Assembly: GCA_004431415.1 (NCBI GenBank)
Contig: QPMI01000184.1
Location: 124,001 to 188,000 of the forward strand
Source: Cyanophora paradoxa CCMP329
Taxonomy: Eukaryota > Plantae > Glaucophyta
Direction: 5' to 3'
DNA: 64,000 nt
Shown here: piece after piece, positions 1-12,483 of the stretch
How the letters are laid out: every line of letters begins with the position of its first letter
How positions within the stretch are numbered: the stretch's first letter is position 1
Program-made: the position numbers and the translations under genes
The notes under the pieces: model-generated
Database searches by the model: none
Told to the model about the DNA's origin: nothing
What the model saw: only the letters and a program-made list of their open reading frames with translations

Positions 1-1373
1 TCGGCTCGATCAGCCAGTTCGACGAGGCCACGCGGCGCGAGGTCGAGGCGGAGCAGTCGGCCGCCCGCGCCGGCAAGGGCGCCGTCGCCGTCGACCCCGC
101 CACGGGCGAGCGGCCCCCGATCGGCTCCCCTCTGAGCGGCGGCAGCGCGCTGCAGTCGGTGGCGGCGGCGATGCGGCGGGCGCTGCTCGCGCTCGGGCGG
201 CGCGTGATGGGCCCCGCCGGCGAAGAGGCGCCCGTCGCGCAGCCGAAGCGGAGGCGGCGGCCGCTGCACCGCGGGGCGCGGCGGCGCTCTCGAGCGCGGC
301 GGCGGCGGCGGCGGCGATGGCGAGCCTGGAGGCGCGGCGGCGCATCGAGGAGGCGCGGGCGGCTGACGAGAGCGAGACGGGCGTGCCGATCCTCTCCCAG
401 CGCGCCCCGATGAGCCTTGTCCGCTCCACCTTCAACCCGGAGCCGAGCCCGCAGCCGCAGCCGCAGCCGCAGCAGCAGCAGCAGCAGCTGGTGACGCTTA
501 TCCAGAACTCGCCGCTGACGCCGGCGTCGGCGCCGATCCTCCCCCCCGACCCCTTCTCCGCCCTGCCCGAGGTGGCGGCGGCGGAGGCGGCGGCGGCGCA
601 GGAGGCGGCCGTGCGCGCCGCTATCGCCGCCGCCGCCGAGGCCAACGCCGAGCAGGCGGAGGGCATCCTAGAGCAGGCTGAGGCCGAGGAGGCGGAGGCC
701 CTGCGCGAGGAGGCGCGGGCGGAGCTAGACGAGGAGGATGAGGAAGAAGAGGGGGGGGAGGAGGACGAGGAGGAGGACGAGGAGGAGGAGGAGGCGGGGG
801 CGGCGGGGCTGACGGTGGGGGAGGCGGCGGCGGCGGGAGCCATCTCGGGCCACCCCGAGCTCACGCAGGACGAGTTCGACGCCTGGGTCAAGGTGCGCCC
901 CCGCGGCCCCCTCGAGGCGCCGGGCGGGCCGGGCCGACGCCGGCGGGGCGGGCAGGCGGCGGGGGAGGCGGAGCAGCTGGCGGAGGAGGCGGCGGAGGCG
1001 GGGCGGCGGCCGGCGGAGGGCGGGGACTCGCTGCTGCGGCGGGTGGACGGGGGCCTGGCGGAGCAGTGGCCGCAGGCGTACGGGGCGCTGGTGACGGAGC
1101 GGGACGCGTACATGGGGGACGTGGTGCGCAGCCTGACGGGCCCGACGGTCGTGGCCGTCGTCGGCTCGAGCCACGTCCCCGGCATCCTCGCCCGCTGGCA
1201 CGAGCCCCTCGTCTCCCGCTTCATCATGCAGGTCCGCCCCCGCCGCCCCCCGCTCCAACTGCCCCCGCCTCCCATCCGTCCGAGGCGCCGCGCAGCACAT
1301 CGAGAGCGCGATGGGCCGCCTCAACGGCGGGGGCAGCCGCGCCGGCATCCAGGACCCCTCCCTCGACCTCTAG
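1..1373 (+). CDS. TraB/TIKI (TraB-PrgY-GumN) domain protein, 5'-partial, spliced
   Basis: Exon peptide WPQAYGALVTERDAYMGDVVRSLTGPTVVAVVGSSHVPGILARW matches the TraB-family C-terminal signature ERD-x-YM...VVAVVG-x2-H-x2-GI. GT-AG introns near 893 and 1232; last exon HIESAMGRLNGGGSRAGIQDPSLDL* with TAG at 1371-1373. Confidence 0.7.
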
Positions 1374-1890
1374 GGCCCGCCCCGCCTCCACCCCCTCACT
1401 CCCCTCGCCACCCCCGTACCGCCGTTTCGATCCCCCCCCCCCCCCCCCCCCCCCGGGCATCCGAGCACCTCGCCCCCTGGCGTCCGCCGGCGCTCCCGTC
1501 TCCAAGCCCCTCTCTTTCCTCGGAGGCCCGTGCTTCCGGGATGATGAGAGTTTTGGCTCGGCTGTTGTGATCGTATCCCTGGGCTTCGCGCAGGCTGGCA
1601 GCCCTTTCCGCTCCTCGTCCACATTTAATTTGTATTGCCAATGTTGCCATATCACGTCTGTGTTCACTCGTTTCGCGCCTACCGGCGGCGCGCGCCGCGG
1701 TGCCGCTAGCGCTAGCGCGCTGCCGCTGCGAGATCGAACGATCCATCACCTTGGCAAGAACTTGCCATCCAAGGCCGGGAGCTCTTGAGGGACTTGGAAG
1801 CGATGAGGCTCGGAGAGGAAGCAGCGATGGCGCTGAAGGGCCCGGGGGCTTTGCATCGCGATCGTGCCGCAGTGCCACTGGGCCCGTGGG

Positions 1891-1945
1891 GCCACGTGCA
1901 CTCGCCACGTGCGGCCACGTGCACTCGCCACGTGCACGTGCCACG
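1891..1945. promoter_or_regulatory. Cluster of five CACGTG (G-box/E-box) motifs
   Basis: GCCACGTG occurs four times plus one more CACGTG within ~50 bp of intergenic DNA. Regulatory function is inferred. Confidence 0.4.
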
Positions 1946-2191
1946 CCGTGTCGGTGCAATATCGACTCGGCGAGCCGGCATCGAGTCATTCTAACCTTGA
2001 AAGTTCATGATTGGACACTGTGACACTGTGCAAGGCGGAGCGCACGCAGAGGCGGGAGGAGGTCTTCGGGGAGGGGCGGGGGCCGGAGTCGGGTGGAGGG
2101 CAGGGGGGAGGGGGAGTCGGGGTCCAGGCCGTGTGAGGGCCGGAGTCGGGGTGCTGGCCGTGTGAGGGCCGGCCTAGGCCTCGGCGCCGGC

Positions 2192-2483
2192 TCAGGGAGC
2201 CGGCTCGTCCCGCGCCGCGTGGCCCTTCTCCGCCTCGGGCGCGGCGCGGGCGGGCGCGGGCGCGGGGCCGGAGGCGTGGGCGGCGACGAAGCCGTCGACG
2301 GCGCGCTGGAGGAGCGGGAGGCTGAGCTGGCCGAGGGGCGGGTGGCGGCAGGCGTGGGGGCCCAGGCGAGCGCCCGCGCCACGCGCTGCATCTGCACCTC
2401 CCGATGGGCCGCCCAGCACGCACACGTACCGCAGCACCCTGGCCCGTGCCGTGAGGGAGGGGCAGAGGGACGGGGCCGAGGAA

Positions 2484-2530
<47 letters not shown>

Positions 2531-3698
2531 CGCACGAGTAGAAGAGGTTGTCCTCGAGCTGCCGCTGCCGCTTCCCGATGAGGCGGATGCACACGTACTG
2601 GCCCACCGCCGGCGAGCGCCCCAGCAGCAGCGTCTGCAGCGCTGCGCGCGGGAGGAGGCGTGAGCGGGGGCACGGGGGCGGCGAGGGCAGGGCGGGCCGG
2701 CCTCGTGCGCGGACCGTCGGTGGCCTTGACGGGGATCTCGCGGGAGACGAGGAGGCGCGCCGGCGGCCGCCCGTCGCTCCCGTCCCACGGCGGCCGCGGG
2801 ATCGGCGTCGCGCTCACAGCGATCTGCACCGCCTCGGGCGGGTATCTGCCGGCCCCGCCCCGGCGCCTCGGCGGCGCGAAGAGGCGCGGATCTCGGAAAG
2901 GGAGGGGGGCGCGCACATCGGCTCCCCCAGCTGGTAGGTCGCGCGGTAGACTTCGCACGGCGGCGTCGGCGGCGTCGCCCCGGGGAAGCGCGGGGCGGCG
3001 GCGCCGGGCGCGCACCGGCGAGCTGGACGGCGTAGACGACGCACATGGGGGCGTGCAGGCGGTACTGAACCTGGCCCCGCCCGCTCGGCGGCCGCGGGCG
3101 CGGGCGCAACAGCGGGGGGGCGGGAGCGGGGCCGCCCCGCTCACCCACTCCTCGCTTTTGGGGCTCGCGGAGCCGGAGCTGCTCCAGAAGGACTCGTCGG
3201 GGGATATCGTGTTCGACACGTCCTGCTCCTCGTGGTCCGTCGACGAGGCGCTGTGCTCGCCCTTCGCCGCCGGCGACGGGTCCACCAGCGACATCAGCCC
3301 CGCTGCCGCCGGCCGGCTGTGAGCGCGCGGCCGGAGCCGAGGCGCGCGCGCGCTGCCTCGGACGCGGGCGCGCGCTCACTCAGATCGAAGGCGTCCTGAC
3401 TCTCTTGCGGGTCCAGATCCTCCTCTGGGACGAACGTAAACTGCCGCCTGAGCTGCGAAGTCAAGCTCGAGCTCGTAGGCGCGCCGGGCGATCCGCACGT
3501 CTCTGGCGGCGCGTTCGCCTGCTCCATGAAGAAGGGCAGCAGGCTGCGGATCTGTTGGCGCGAGAGCTCGTCAAAGGGCACTCCTCCAGGGCCCGCATCG
3601 TCCTCGTCCTCGTCCCCCTCCTCATCCTCGTCGGTCGTCGTGCTGGAATTCTCCTGCTCTTCCTCCTCCCCCTCATCGTGCATGTGCGTCGAAGACAT
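2192..3698 (-). CDS. Protein with acidic N-terminus and an At4g00755-like (plant F-box-associated) C-terminal domain, spliced
   Basis: Spliced peptides SASSTDHEEQDVSNTISPDESFWSSSGSASPKSEEW / VQYRLHAPMCVVYAVQL / YRATYQLGEPM / IRLIGKRQRQLEDNLFYS-VLRYVCVLGGP resemble, from memory, the SSTD..E....NT...YWSS.G...LLGR.QRQE.D.LFY motifs of that family. No F-box seen. Confidence 0.6.
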
Positions 3699-3903
3699 TG
3701 GTTACGCGCCGCCGAACTACACCGATCGAAAGCGGGCTAGCGTAGCTGCGCCGAGCTGCGCACTGACTAAGCGGCAGGTCGATGCTGGTGTCGCTGAGAT
3801 AGCTAACGTGTCGCTGAGCGTGTTCGCAGCTCCGGGAAGAAGCCCGCCAAGGGGGGGTAGAAGACCAAGCCCAACCAAGCCAAGCCGACTAGGCGGCATA
3901 CAT

Positions 3904-6545
3904 ATGCGCGCCGGCGCGCTCGCGGCGGTCCTCATCGCGCTGACCGCCGCCTGGCTGCTGCGACCGGCGGCCGTGCCGAACAGCTCGCAGGCGTCGTGTA
4001 CGGACCCGACGGCGGGAAGCTCAAGCGGGCCCAACGCAGCGCCGGCTCAGCAGTCGGCGACGTCGGCTGCGCCAGCGGCGAGCACAGCGCAGGGCGGCGG
4101 CAGCGATGCGCGGGAGCAGGTAGAACTGATGAAATCGGCGAGCGTCCCGGAGGCTGCACCCCATGCAAGCGCGGCATCACCGGCTGCTGCAGCGCCGGCG
4201 CCCGCGAGGCCGGGCTCCTCGAAGGAGAACGAGACGGCCGACATCTTCGTCTGGTGGCACGTGCGCGGCACCGCCGCCGGGGGCCGCCGCCTCGGTCTCG
4301 GGCGACCCACGTACGCGCCCCGCGCGCGCAGGCGCCGTTCTTCTCGGGGGGCGGGTACTGCAGCGAGGCCGTGCGCCCCCCTCGCCCCGTCCGCTGGAGC
4401 CCGCGAGCGCCGCGCAGATCGCTTTCGCGATGGCGCTGGACAAGGGGGACCCCGAGCGAGGCGTGCCGGCCGTCCCCGTGCGCATCGCGCAGCACGGGGA
4501 CGGCTTCTCGCACGCCTTCGTCGAGGGCCTGAGCCCGGGGGTCCGCGAGGCGCTGGGCCGCATGGCCCGCACGCCCCTCGACAAGCGCGCCACGCACCGC
4601 ACCATCGTCGTCGTCTGCCACAGCGAGCCCGGCGCCTGGAACCCGCAGGCGCGCGCCCCTCCTCCCCCCACCCCCTGCCCCCCGCCCGAGGGGGCGCGGC
4701 GCAGCGGTTCAGCACGGCGCCGTGCCCGCCGCCGGAGCTGGAGGGGCGGCGGACCATCCCGGGCGCCCGCGTCTTCCGCGTCGGCCGCACCATGTTCGAG
4801 GCCCGCCCCCGCCCCCGCCCCTCCTTCCCCCCCGCCCCACGCCCCCGCCCTGGGCCTCCCGCGACGCGGGGCCCGCAGACGGACCGGCTGCCGGACGGGT
4901 GGGAGCCGCGCCTCAACGCCATGGACCAGGCGCGCCGCGCCGCCCGCCCTGTACCCCACCGTCCCCGCCCCGGCGCGCCGGCGACCGCGGGGCGGGGCGG
5001 GGCGTGCAGGTGTGGGTCCCGACGGAGTTCCACCGCCGCGTCTTCGCCGAGCACGGCGCCAGGGCCAGCAAGCTCCGCGTCATCGGTGCGCTGCGCGCCT
5101 CCCCGCCCCCCTCGCTCCTTCGTCGCACGGAACTGTACCCCCCACCTATGAACGTCGTTCGCGCCCGGCAGGCGAGCCGGTGGACAGCGCCTTCTACGAT
5201 CCCGACCGCGTCGAGGCCGCGAAGCTCCCCGGGGACGCGGGTTCGACCCCGTCGGGGTCTGCTTTCTCCTTCCCTGCTGACGCCGTACCCCCCTTTCGGT
5301 GCAGGGGACTACAAGTTCCTCAGCATCTTCAAGTGGGAGGCCCGCAAAGGCTGGGTCCGCCCTACCCCCTCCCCGTTTCTCCCGCCCCGGTCCCACCGGG
5401 GGTACAGGAGGTGCTACTGGAGGCCTACTTTCGCGAGTTCACGATCGAGGAGGACGTCACGCTGTACCTCCTCACAGCGGTACCCCCGCAACCCTTCTTC
5501 CGCACTCCCGCCGCGCTCGCTGACCCTGTACCCCCTTCTCCTCCCCGTGTAGCCCTATCACCACTCGGGGGCGCCGTTCGAGCAGCAGATCGCCGAGTTC
5601 GGACGGTCCCTGGTACCCCACCTCCCTGTCCGCCCTTTCCCGCTCCTGGGTCCCCTCACCGTGCCCCCCCAGGGCCTAGACGAGCACTTCCTTCCGCGGG
5701 TGGAGCTCCTGCGGCCGGGGGTACCAGACGACGAGATGCCGCGCATCTACAAGGCCCGTCTACCCCTCCTCCCTCCCCCCACTCCCCCCCTCCTCAAAGC
5801 CGGGGGCGGCGGCTGCGCAGGCGGCGGACGCGTTCGTGCTGCCGAGCCGCGGGGAGGGCTGGGGCCGGCCCCACATCGAGGTGCGGACGCTTCTCCCCGC
5901 CCCCTGCCGGCCCTGCCTGACGTTGTTGCGGCGGGGCCAGGCGATGGCGATGGGCCTCCCCGTCATCGCCACGAACTGGTGCGCCCAGCGGGGGGGTGGA
6001 CGGCGCTCCCGGCCCCGCCTCGCCGAGCCCCCGGCCGCGCAGGAGCGGGAACACGGAGTTCATGACGGACGAGAACAGCTTCCCCCTCCCCATCGACGGC
6101 CTCGTCGTGCGCCCCGCGAGAGGGAGGCCTCCCGCACTCGTTCAGCGGCGCTGACGGCGGCGGGCGGGGGCAGCCGGTGCCGGAGGGGCCGTTCAAGGGC
6201 CACCTCTGGGCGCAGCCGTCCGTCTACTCCCTCCGCGAGATCATGCGCTGGGTCTTCGAGGCGCGCCGCCCCGCCTGCCCCCGCCCCCGGGAGGCCCCGC
6301 CGCCCATCTCCCCCCGCAGCACCGGGAGGAGGCGCGGGGGCGGGGCCGGCGGGCGCGGCGGGACGTCTCCGAGAAGTACAGGTGCCGCCCCCGCCGCCCT
6401 CGCCCTGCCCGCGCCTCTCCGGTGCCGAGGCGGCCCGGGGCGGGGCAGCCTGCAGCGGCTGGCGGGGGCGCTGCGGGGCCTCCTCGCCGAGGCGCACGCA
6501 GCCGCCTGGGAGACCCGCCCCCGCCCCGCCCCGGCCAAAACCTAG
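3904..6545 (+). CDS. Glycosyltransferase family 4 (GT-B; At3g10630-like) with N-terminal signal anchor, ~16 introns
   Basis: MRAGALAAVLIALTAAWLL anchor; WHAPFFSGGGYCSEA, CHSEPGAW, GRTMFETDRLP, VWVPTEFH, FLSIFKWEARKGW, and the GT4 EX7E motif AADAFVLPSRGEGWGRPHIEAMAMGLPVIATNWSG. Confidence 0.9.
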
Positions 6546-6818
6546 CCCCGACCCCCCGCCCATCCTTCCAAATTGGAGCGCGTGGGAAGGGCCGGGCCAG
6601 GTCCTCGAAGTACGTGGTCGATGTATGCAGAGAGGACGCGTGAAACGCCTATGGAGCTAGGCCTAGAGCTAGCTACTGGCTTGAAAGGCGCGAATATGCA
6701 GGTACGCGAGCGAGAAGAGGCGAGCACAACTGAAGAGCAGCGGCAGCTGCGGGGCACGGCCGCGGCAACTCCGCTTGGGGCCGTCACCCACGGTGGAGGC
6801 TCTGCGCGGCGCGGGCGG

Positions 6819-9800
6819 TCAGATGGGTCCCTGCGCGCCGCCGCCCCTCCCGGGCCCCACCTGGAGCATGAGTAGGTGCTGGGAGAGGGAGCTGGAAGCG
6901 CGGGCGAGGGGGCCCCCCGCGGGGCGCCGGGGGAGCGCCTCCGCCTCCTCGCCCCGCCCCGCCGCCCACAGCGCCTGCCGCAGCCGCGACGCCACCGCCT
7001 GCGCCAGCACGCCGGCGTCCCCGGACTGCCGCAGCCCCGCGTCAGCCTCCTGGGAGATGGCGGGGAGGGGCGCGGGGCGGACGGGGTCGGCGTCGAGGAG
7101 GCGGGCGGCCTCCTCGAGGGGCTCCACCCCGGCGCCCTCGTCCCCGGCGCGCTGCAGCAGGTCCGCGAGCTGCAGCTGCAGGCCGGCGGCCCGGAGGCGG
7201 GCGGGGCGGCCCGAGGGTAGCGGGCCTCGGCGGCGACGCGGGCGGCGGCGCGGAGGAAGGCCTCGGCCTCCTCCACCCGCCCCGCCTCCTCGCACAGCGA
7301 CGTGAGGGCCTCCAGGGCCGCCACGAGCTGCCGGCGCGTGAGCGAGGGGGCGGGGCGGGCAGGGGTGTTGCGGGCACGACCTGCTGGTCGTGCTGCCCCC
7401 GGCTTGCCCCCCGCATCGCCACCACCCGCTGCCCCGCGGCCGGTCGGCGCGAGGGGGCGGGGCGCGGGGGGACGAGGGGGTGCGGACGCGGTACATGGCC
7501 TCGGCCTCGGGGAGGCGGGCGGAGGCGCGGTAGAAGTCGGCGACCTGGGCGACGCAGGCCGAGGCGAGGGGGTGCCCCGGGGGGAGCGCCACCTCGAGCC
7601 CCTCCAGCGCTTGCTGCCCGCCCCGGCCCCCGTCAGGCCCCCGCGTCGGCCCTCCCCGCCTCGCGGGGCGCGGGGCGCACCATGTACAGCGCCTCGGCCT
7701 CCTCGGTGCGCCCCTGCACCTCCCGCAGCCTCGCCACCGCCCGCACCGCGTCCGCCACCGTCCAGTGGTTCGGCCTGCCCGAGCCGGAGCGGTGTGAGGA
7801 AGCGGGGCGGATGTGGGCGGGCGGGCGTGCGGGGGCGGCACCCGTGCACGGCCTGCCGGACGGCAATGGAGCGCTGCGGGGGCGGACGAGGTGAGCGGGG
7901 GGAGGGGAGGGGACGGAGGCAGGGGGCGGGCCTCGTAGAGGGGCTCGGCCTCGTCGGGGCGCCCCATCGCCACATAGAGCCCTGCGAGCCGCCTCGCCTG
8001 GGGAGTGGGGGGCAAGGGGAGGCGGGGTACCGGCGAGGTTGTCCAGCTCGCGGGCGACGTCCCTGTGGCGGCCCCCGAGCCGCCGCTCCACCAGCTGCAG
8101 CGACCGCTGCACCGAAAGTCGGGGGAAGGGAGGGAGGGGGGCACGGCGGCGCGCCTTGAAGAGGTACTCGGCGCGGTCGAATCGCTCCTGGGACTGCGAG
8201 AGACGCGTCAGGGGTGCGAGAGGGCAGCAAGGGCACAGGGTTGGGGGGGTACGGGCCTGGTAGAGGAGACCGAGGCTGGAGAGGGTCTGCGGGAGGGGGC
8301 GGGGGTATGAGGAAGGCGGGGGGCAGATAAAAGGAAGAGCGGGTGCCTGGGCGAGGGAGGGGTGGTCGACGCCGAGCGACCGCTCCTCGATCTTGATCGC
8401 GCGCTGGCAGGAGGGGCTCGGGGGGGGCAGGGGGGCGGGCCGGGAGAGGGAGCGGGCGCACGAGAAAGAGGGGCTCCGCCTCGTCGGGCCGCTGGAGCAT
8501 CTGGGCGGGGCGGGGGTGAGGAGGGGGGGGTTCGCCAGGGCGGGGCGGGGGCGCCTGGAGGAGGAGGGCGAGGTTGCGGAGGGAGGCGGCCACGGCGGGG
8601 TGGTCCCCCCCGTACGCCCCCTCCCGGATCTCCAGCGCCCGCTGCCCCGCGACACACTCGGGAGGGGCGCGAGGCGCGGGGGGTGCGAGGCGCACGCGGT
8701 AGGCGGCCTCGGCGGCGGGGAGCTCGCCGCGCAGGGCGTCGAGGTTGGCGCTGTTGTTCAGCACCAGCGCCGCCTGCCGGGGCCGCGTCGAGGGCGCGCA
8801 GGGGTGCCGGGGCGGGGGCCGGGCCTCGGGGTGGTCGGGCCCGTAGAGCGACTCCACGATGCGCTGGCAGCGGTGCAGGTGCCTGCCCGCCCCGCCCGCC
8901 ACGCTCGCCGGCGGCGCGCCGGGCGCGGGGCGGGGCGGGCGCACTCGAGGGCCTCCTCGAAGAGGCCCTGCTCCTGCGCCGCCCCCGCCAGCGCCAGCAG
9001 CACCCGCCCCGCCGCTGCCCCCACTCAGCGGCGCAGGGCGGGGGGAGGGGGAGCGGCGCACCGGCGGAGCCCTGCCCGTGGGAGGACTCGGCGACGCGGA
9101 GGGCGCGCTGCGGGGCGTGAGAGGGGCGGGCGGGGCGGGGCGGGGGCGGGCTACGGTGAGGACGGCCTCGGCGTCGGAGTAGCGGCCCTCCTTGTCGAGG
9201 CACTGCGGGGGACCGTCGGCGGGGGCGGGGCCGGCGCGGGGCGGGGGCGGGTGCGGCGGGCCTCGGCGATGCGGCGGAGGGTGTCGGGGGCGCCCTCCGC
9301 CCCCTCCCCGCCTCCCGCAGCTCCAGCGCCCGCTGCGAGTCGGGCGCCGCCTCAGGCGGGGGCACGGCAGCCGGGCGGGGAGGGGGCGGGGGCCTTGTAG
9401 AGGGGCAGGGCCTCGGCGTGCTCCCGCGCTCCACGCGGGCGTCCCCGAGCCGCTCCAGCGCCCCCGCCAGGCCCCCGCTGCGCCCCCCGACGCCCGCCTC
9501 GCCCTCGCCCTCGCCCTCGGCCCCGGCTCGAGGCGAGGGCGCACCGGCCGGCGGGGCCCCAGGCGGCCTCCTCCCGCAGCGCGACGCTCCGCTCGATCAG
9601 CGGCATGGCCGCCTCGTACTCGCCTGGGGCGCGGGGGGTGATGGGCGGTGGGCGCTGAAGGGGCGGCGGGGGGCACCGAGGAGGCGGAGGAGGAGGGAGG
9701 CGGCGGCGAGGTCGTCCGCCAGCTGCGTCACGTCGCAGGCGGCCGAGGCCTCGTAGGCGTCGAGGGCGCGCCGCAGCCGGGCGGGGGCCTCCGGGGCGCG

Positions 9801-12100
9801 CCCCGAGGCGGCCCACATGCGGGCGAGCTCTGCGGCCTCCTCCTCCCCGCCCCACCGCCGCAGCGTCTCCAGCTCGGAGAGCACCTGCGCCGGCGTTGGC
9901 GGGGGAGGGGCGGGCGGGCGGGGCGCGCGCCTCGGCGAGGGCGTCGAGGGCGCCGGCGCGCTCGAGGTGCCGCGGGCACTCCTCCGCGCGCCGCCGCGAC
10001 GCAGGCTGCCCCGCCCCCCGCGTGAGGCCGGCCACCGAGACCTCGAGAGGAGGAGCGGGCACCAGGGAGGCGAAGAAGGCGCCGAGCCAGGCGTGCCAGC
10101 GGTGCGCCGCCTCGGGCGTCCCCAGCCCGTACGCCCCCTCCACCGCCTGCCCCGCCCGCCGGATCGAGAGGAGGAGGGGAAAGGAGGGGGGGAAAGGCGT
10201 GCCTCGGCGGCGGAGTTGTGGAAGAAGCGCAGCAGGCCGTCTGCTCGATCGAGGAGGGCGCCGCCGCGCTCAGCAGGGGCGCGGGTCTGGGGGGGGCGGG
10301 CGGGGGACGCGACTGCAGTCGACGAGGAGGCCGGAGGCGAGGGCGGCGGCGCGCCAGTCGGAGTACAGGCGCGGGGGGATGGGGGCGGAGGGGGCGGGGG
10401 CCCCCGGGGCGCAGCGGCCGGCGACGCCGAGGAGGAGCTGGAGCTCCGAGTCGGCCATGCCGGCGAGGGAGAAGCGGAGGGCGCAGAGGGCCGGCTGCAC
10501 GAGGGCCGCCCCGTAGCGCCCCTCCCAGCGCGCCAGCACCCGCCGCAGCAGCGCAGGCGCGTCCGCGCACGCCAGGATGGCCCCCGCGGGGTCCTCCCCC
10601 GCCCGCCCCCGCGCCCCGCCCCCGTCGAGCTGCGGCGGCCGCTCAGCGGAGCGGGCGGGCGGGCCCCTGCGCCGCCCTGGTTCTGGCCTGCGGACCTGGC
10701 GCATGGCGTCGAGGAGCTCCTCCTGGAGCATCTCGAGGGCGGCGCAGAGGAAGAGCGGCGACGCCGCTTGCTCGCTCGCCAGCAGCCGCTGCAGCGCCGC
10801 CTCCCACACCGGCGTCCGGTGCCGCAGCCGCCGCCGCCCCGCCGCCACCGCCCGCCGCCGCTCGCCCTCCAGGCGCGCGACGCGGGCGAGGGCGTGCGGG
10901 CGGCGCTGCGCGGCGGTGTGCGCCTCGCCGGCCGCGCAGGAGAGCACGATGCGGAGGCGCTCGGAGGCGGCGTGGGGGAGCCAGGGGAGCCACAGCGCGC
11001 CTGCGCAACAAGCGAGCTTGAGCTTAAGCTCAAGACCGACTGCCTTAAGCCAAAGCATTTGACGACAAAGCTCGAGCTGGAGCTCAGGATGCCGGTCCCG
11101 GGGCCCGCTCACCGCCCTCGGCCTCGAGCTCGTCGGCGCCGTCGACGACGAGGACCACGCGGCGCTGCAGGGCCGCCCCGCACGCCCCCAGCCACTCCCC
11201 GAAGCACAGCAGCCCCTCCGCCTGGCGCGGCGCGGGGGCCCGTCGGAGGCGCAGCGCAGGGGAGGGCGGGCGGGGCGGGGCCGGCGCACGGGGTCGGAGG
11301 CGCGCTCGGGGGGCTTGAGGCGCGGCTCGAGCTCGCGGAGCTCGCTGACGAGGCGGCGCACGAGGGTCCCCGGGCGGCGCCCCCGCTCGCAGCCGCCGGC
11401 GACGTGCAGCAGCACCGCCTCCTCGGGGCGCTCCTCCCGCCGCGCCGCGCTCCAGTTCGCCAGCAGCGCGGATTTCCCGCACCCCGCAGGGCCCGAGAGC
11501 ACCAGGATCTCCGGCCCTGCCGCCCCGTGAGGCGCCCCGCGGCAGCGGCGGGGGCAATGAGCGCTCACCGTCGGCGTCGGCGTAGGCGTTGAGCTGGTCG
11601 AAGTCGGCGCCGTGCGGCACGTACAGACGCTGGTGCGCGGCCGCGATCGCCGCCTGCACCGCCCGCTCCTCCTCCAGCCAGGAGGGCGGCGGCAGGCGCC
11701 CCGGCGGCGGCTCGCCCCGTGTGATCGCGGACACAGTCGCCACGATGTCCGACGCCGGCCCGCCCGCGCCGCCGGCGCCGGGCGTGCTCCCAGCTTTCGG
11801 GGTGCTGGGGCTCGCCGCCGAGCCGGCCGCGGGGGGCGCGCGCGAGGGCGTGCTCGCGGGCGTTGCGGCCCCGGGCGCAGCGGCGAGGATCGCGGAGGAG
11901 CTCAGAGTCGAGCTCGTGAGCTCCAGCATGTCGTCCGCGTCAACGCTTATCGACTCATCGGCCTCGCGACGCTTCTTAGCTAGCGCGAAGCCGCCGCTTC
12001 CCGAGCTCGCTCCGGCCGCTGGCTGAGTCTCACACACGCTCGCGCATGGGTTGCAGTTGAAGCATCCGATTTTATGGAGCATTTCCGCGAGGTCATCCAT
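6819..12100 (-). CDS. STAND-type NACHT/AAA ATPase plus TPR-repeat protein (NPHP3/TEP1-like architecture), spliced
   Basis: Walker A ILVLSGPAGCGKSALLANW, Walker B VVLVVDGADEL, WLPWLP and SPLFL motifs, then kinesin-light-chain-type TPRs (RALEIREGAYGGDHPAVAASLRNLALLL; RAIKIEERSLGVDHPSLAQ; LGGRHRDVARELDNLA). 3' end approximate. Confidence 0.8.
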
Positions 12101-12483
12101 GACCGAACTCCGACCTCGCGGCTGGGCCGCGACGCCGACTTGACGAGGCTAAGCGACCTTTAGCGTTTGCAGTGACGGAGCTTCGAGATTCGTTTCCTCT
12201 CCATCCCGCCGCTATTTCTACAGCGGGAGGCCCTCTGGCTATAGCTAGCTAGCGGGTTCGCCGAGCTCGGGAGCGAACGCAGTGCCCTCTCTACCCGTCT
12301 AGGGGGGGATGAACTTTGTGGACTTCACAATTCAACGCAAGAGTTGCTGGATCATGATCGATATCCCACACGGCCCCCGAGTAAAATTTGTACACGCGAT
12401 TCGCCGCTCCGACTCGGCGAGGCTCGAACGGGCACGCCTAGGGACGACAAGCTCGACGGCCGACGTGCATGCAGGGGCCGGGG

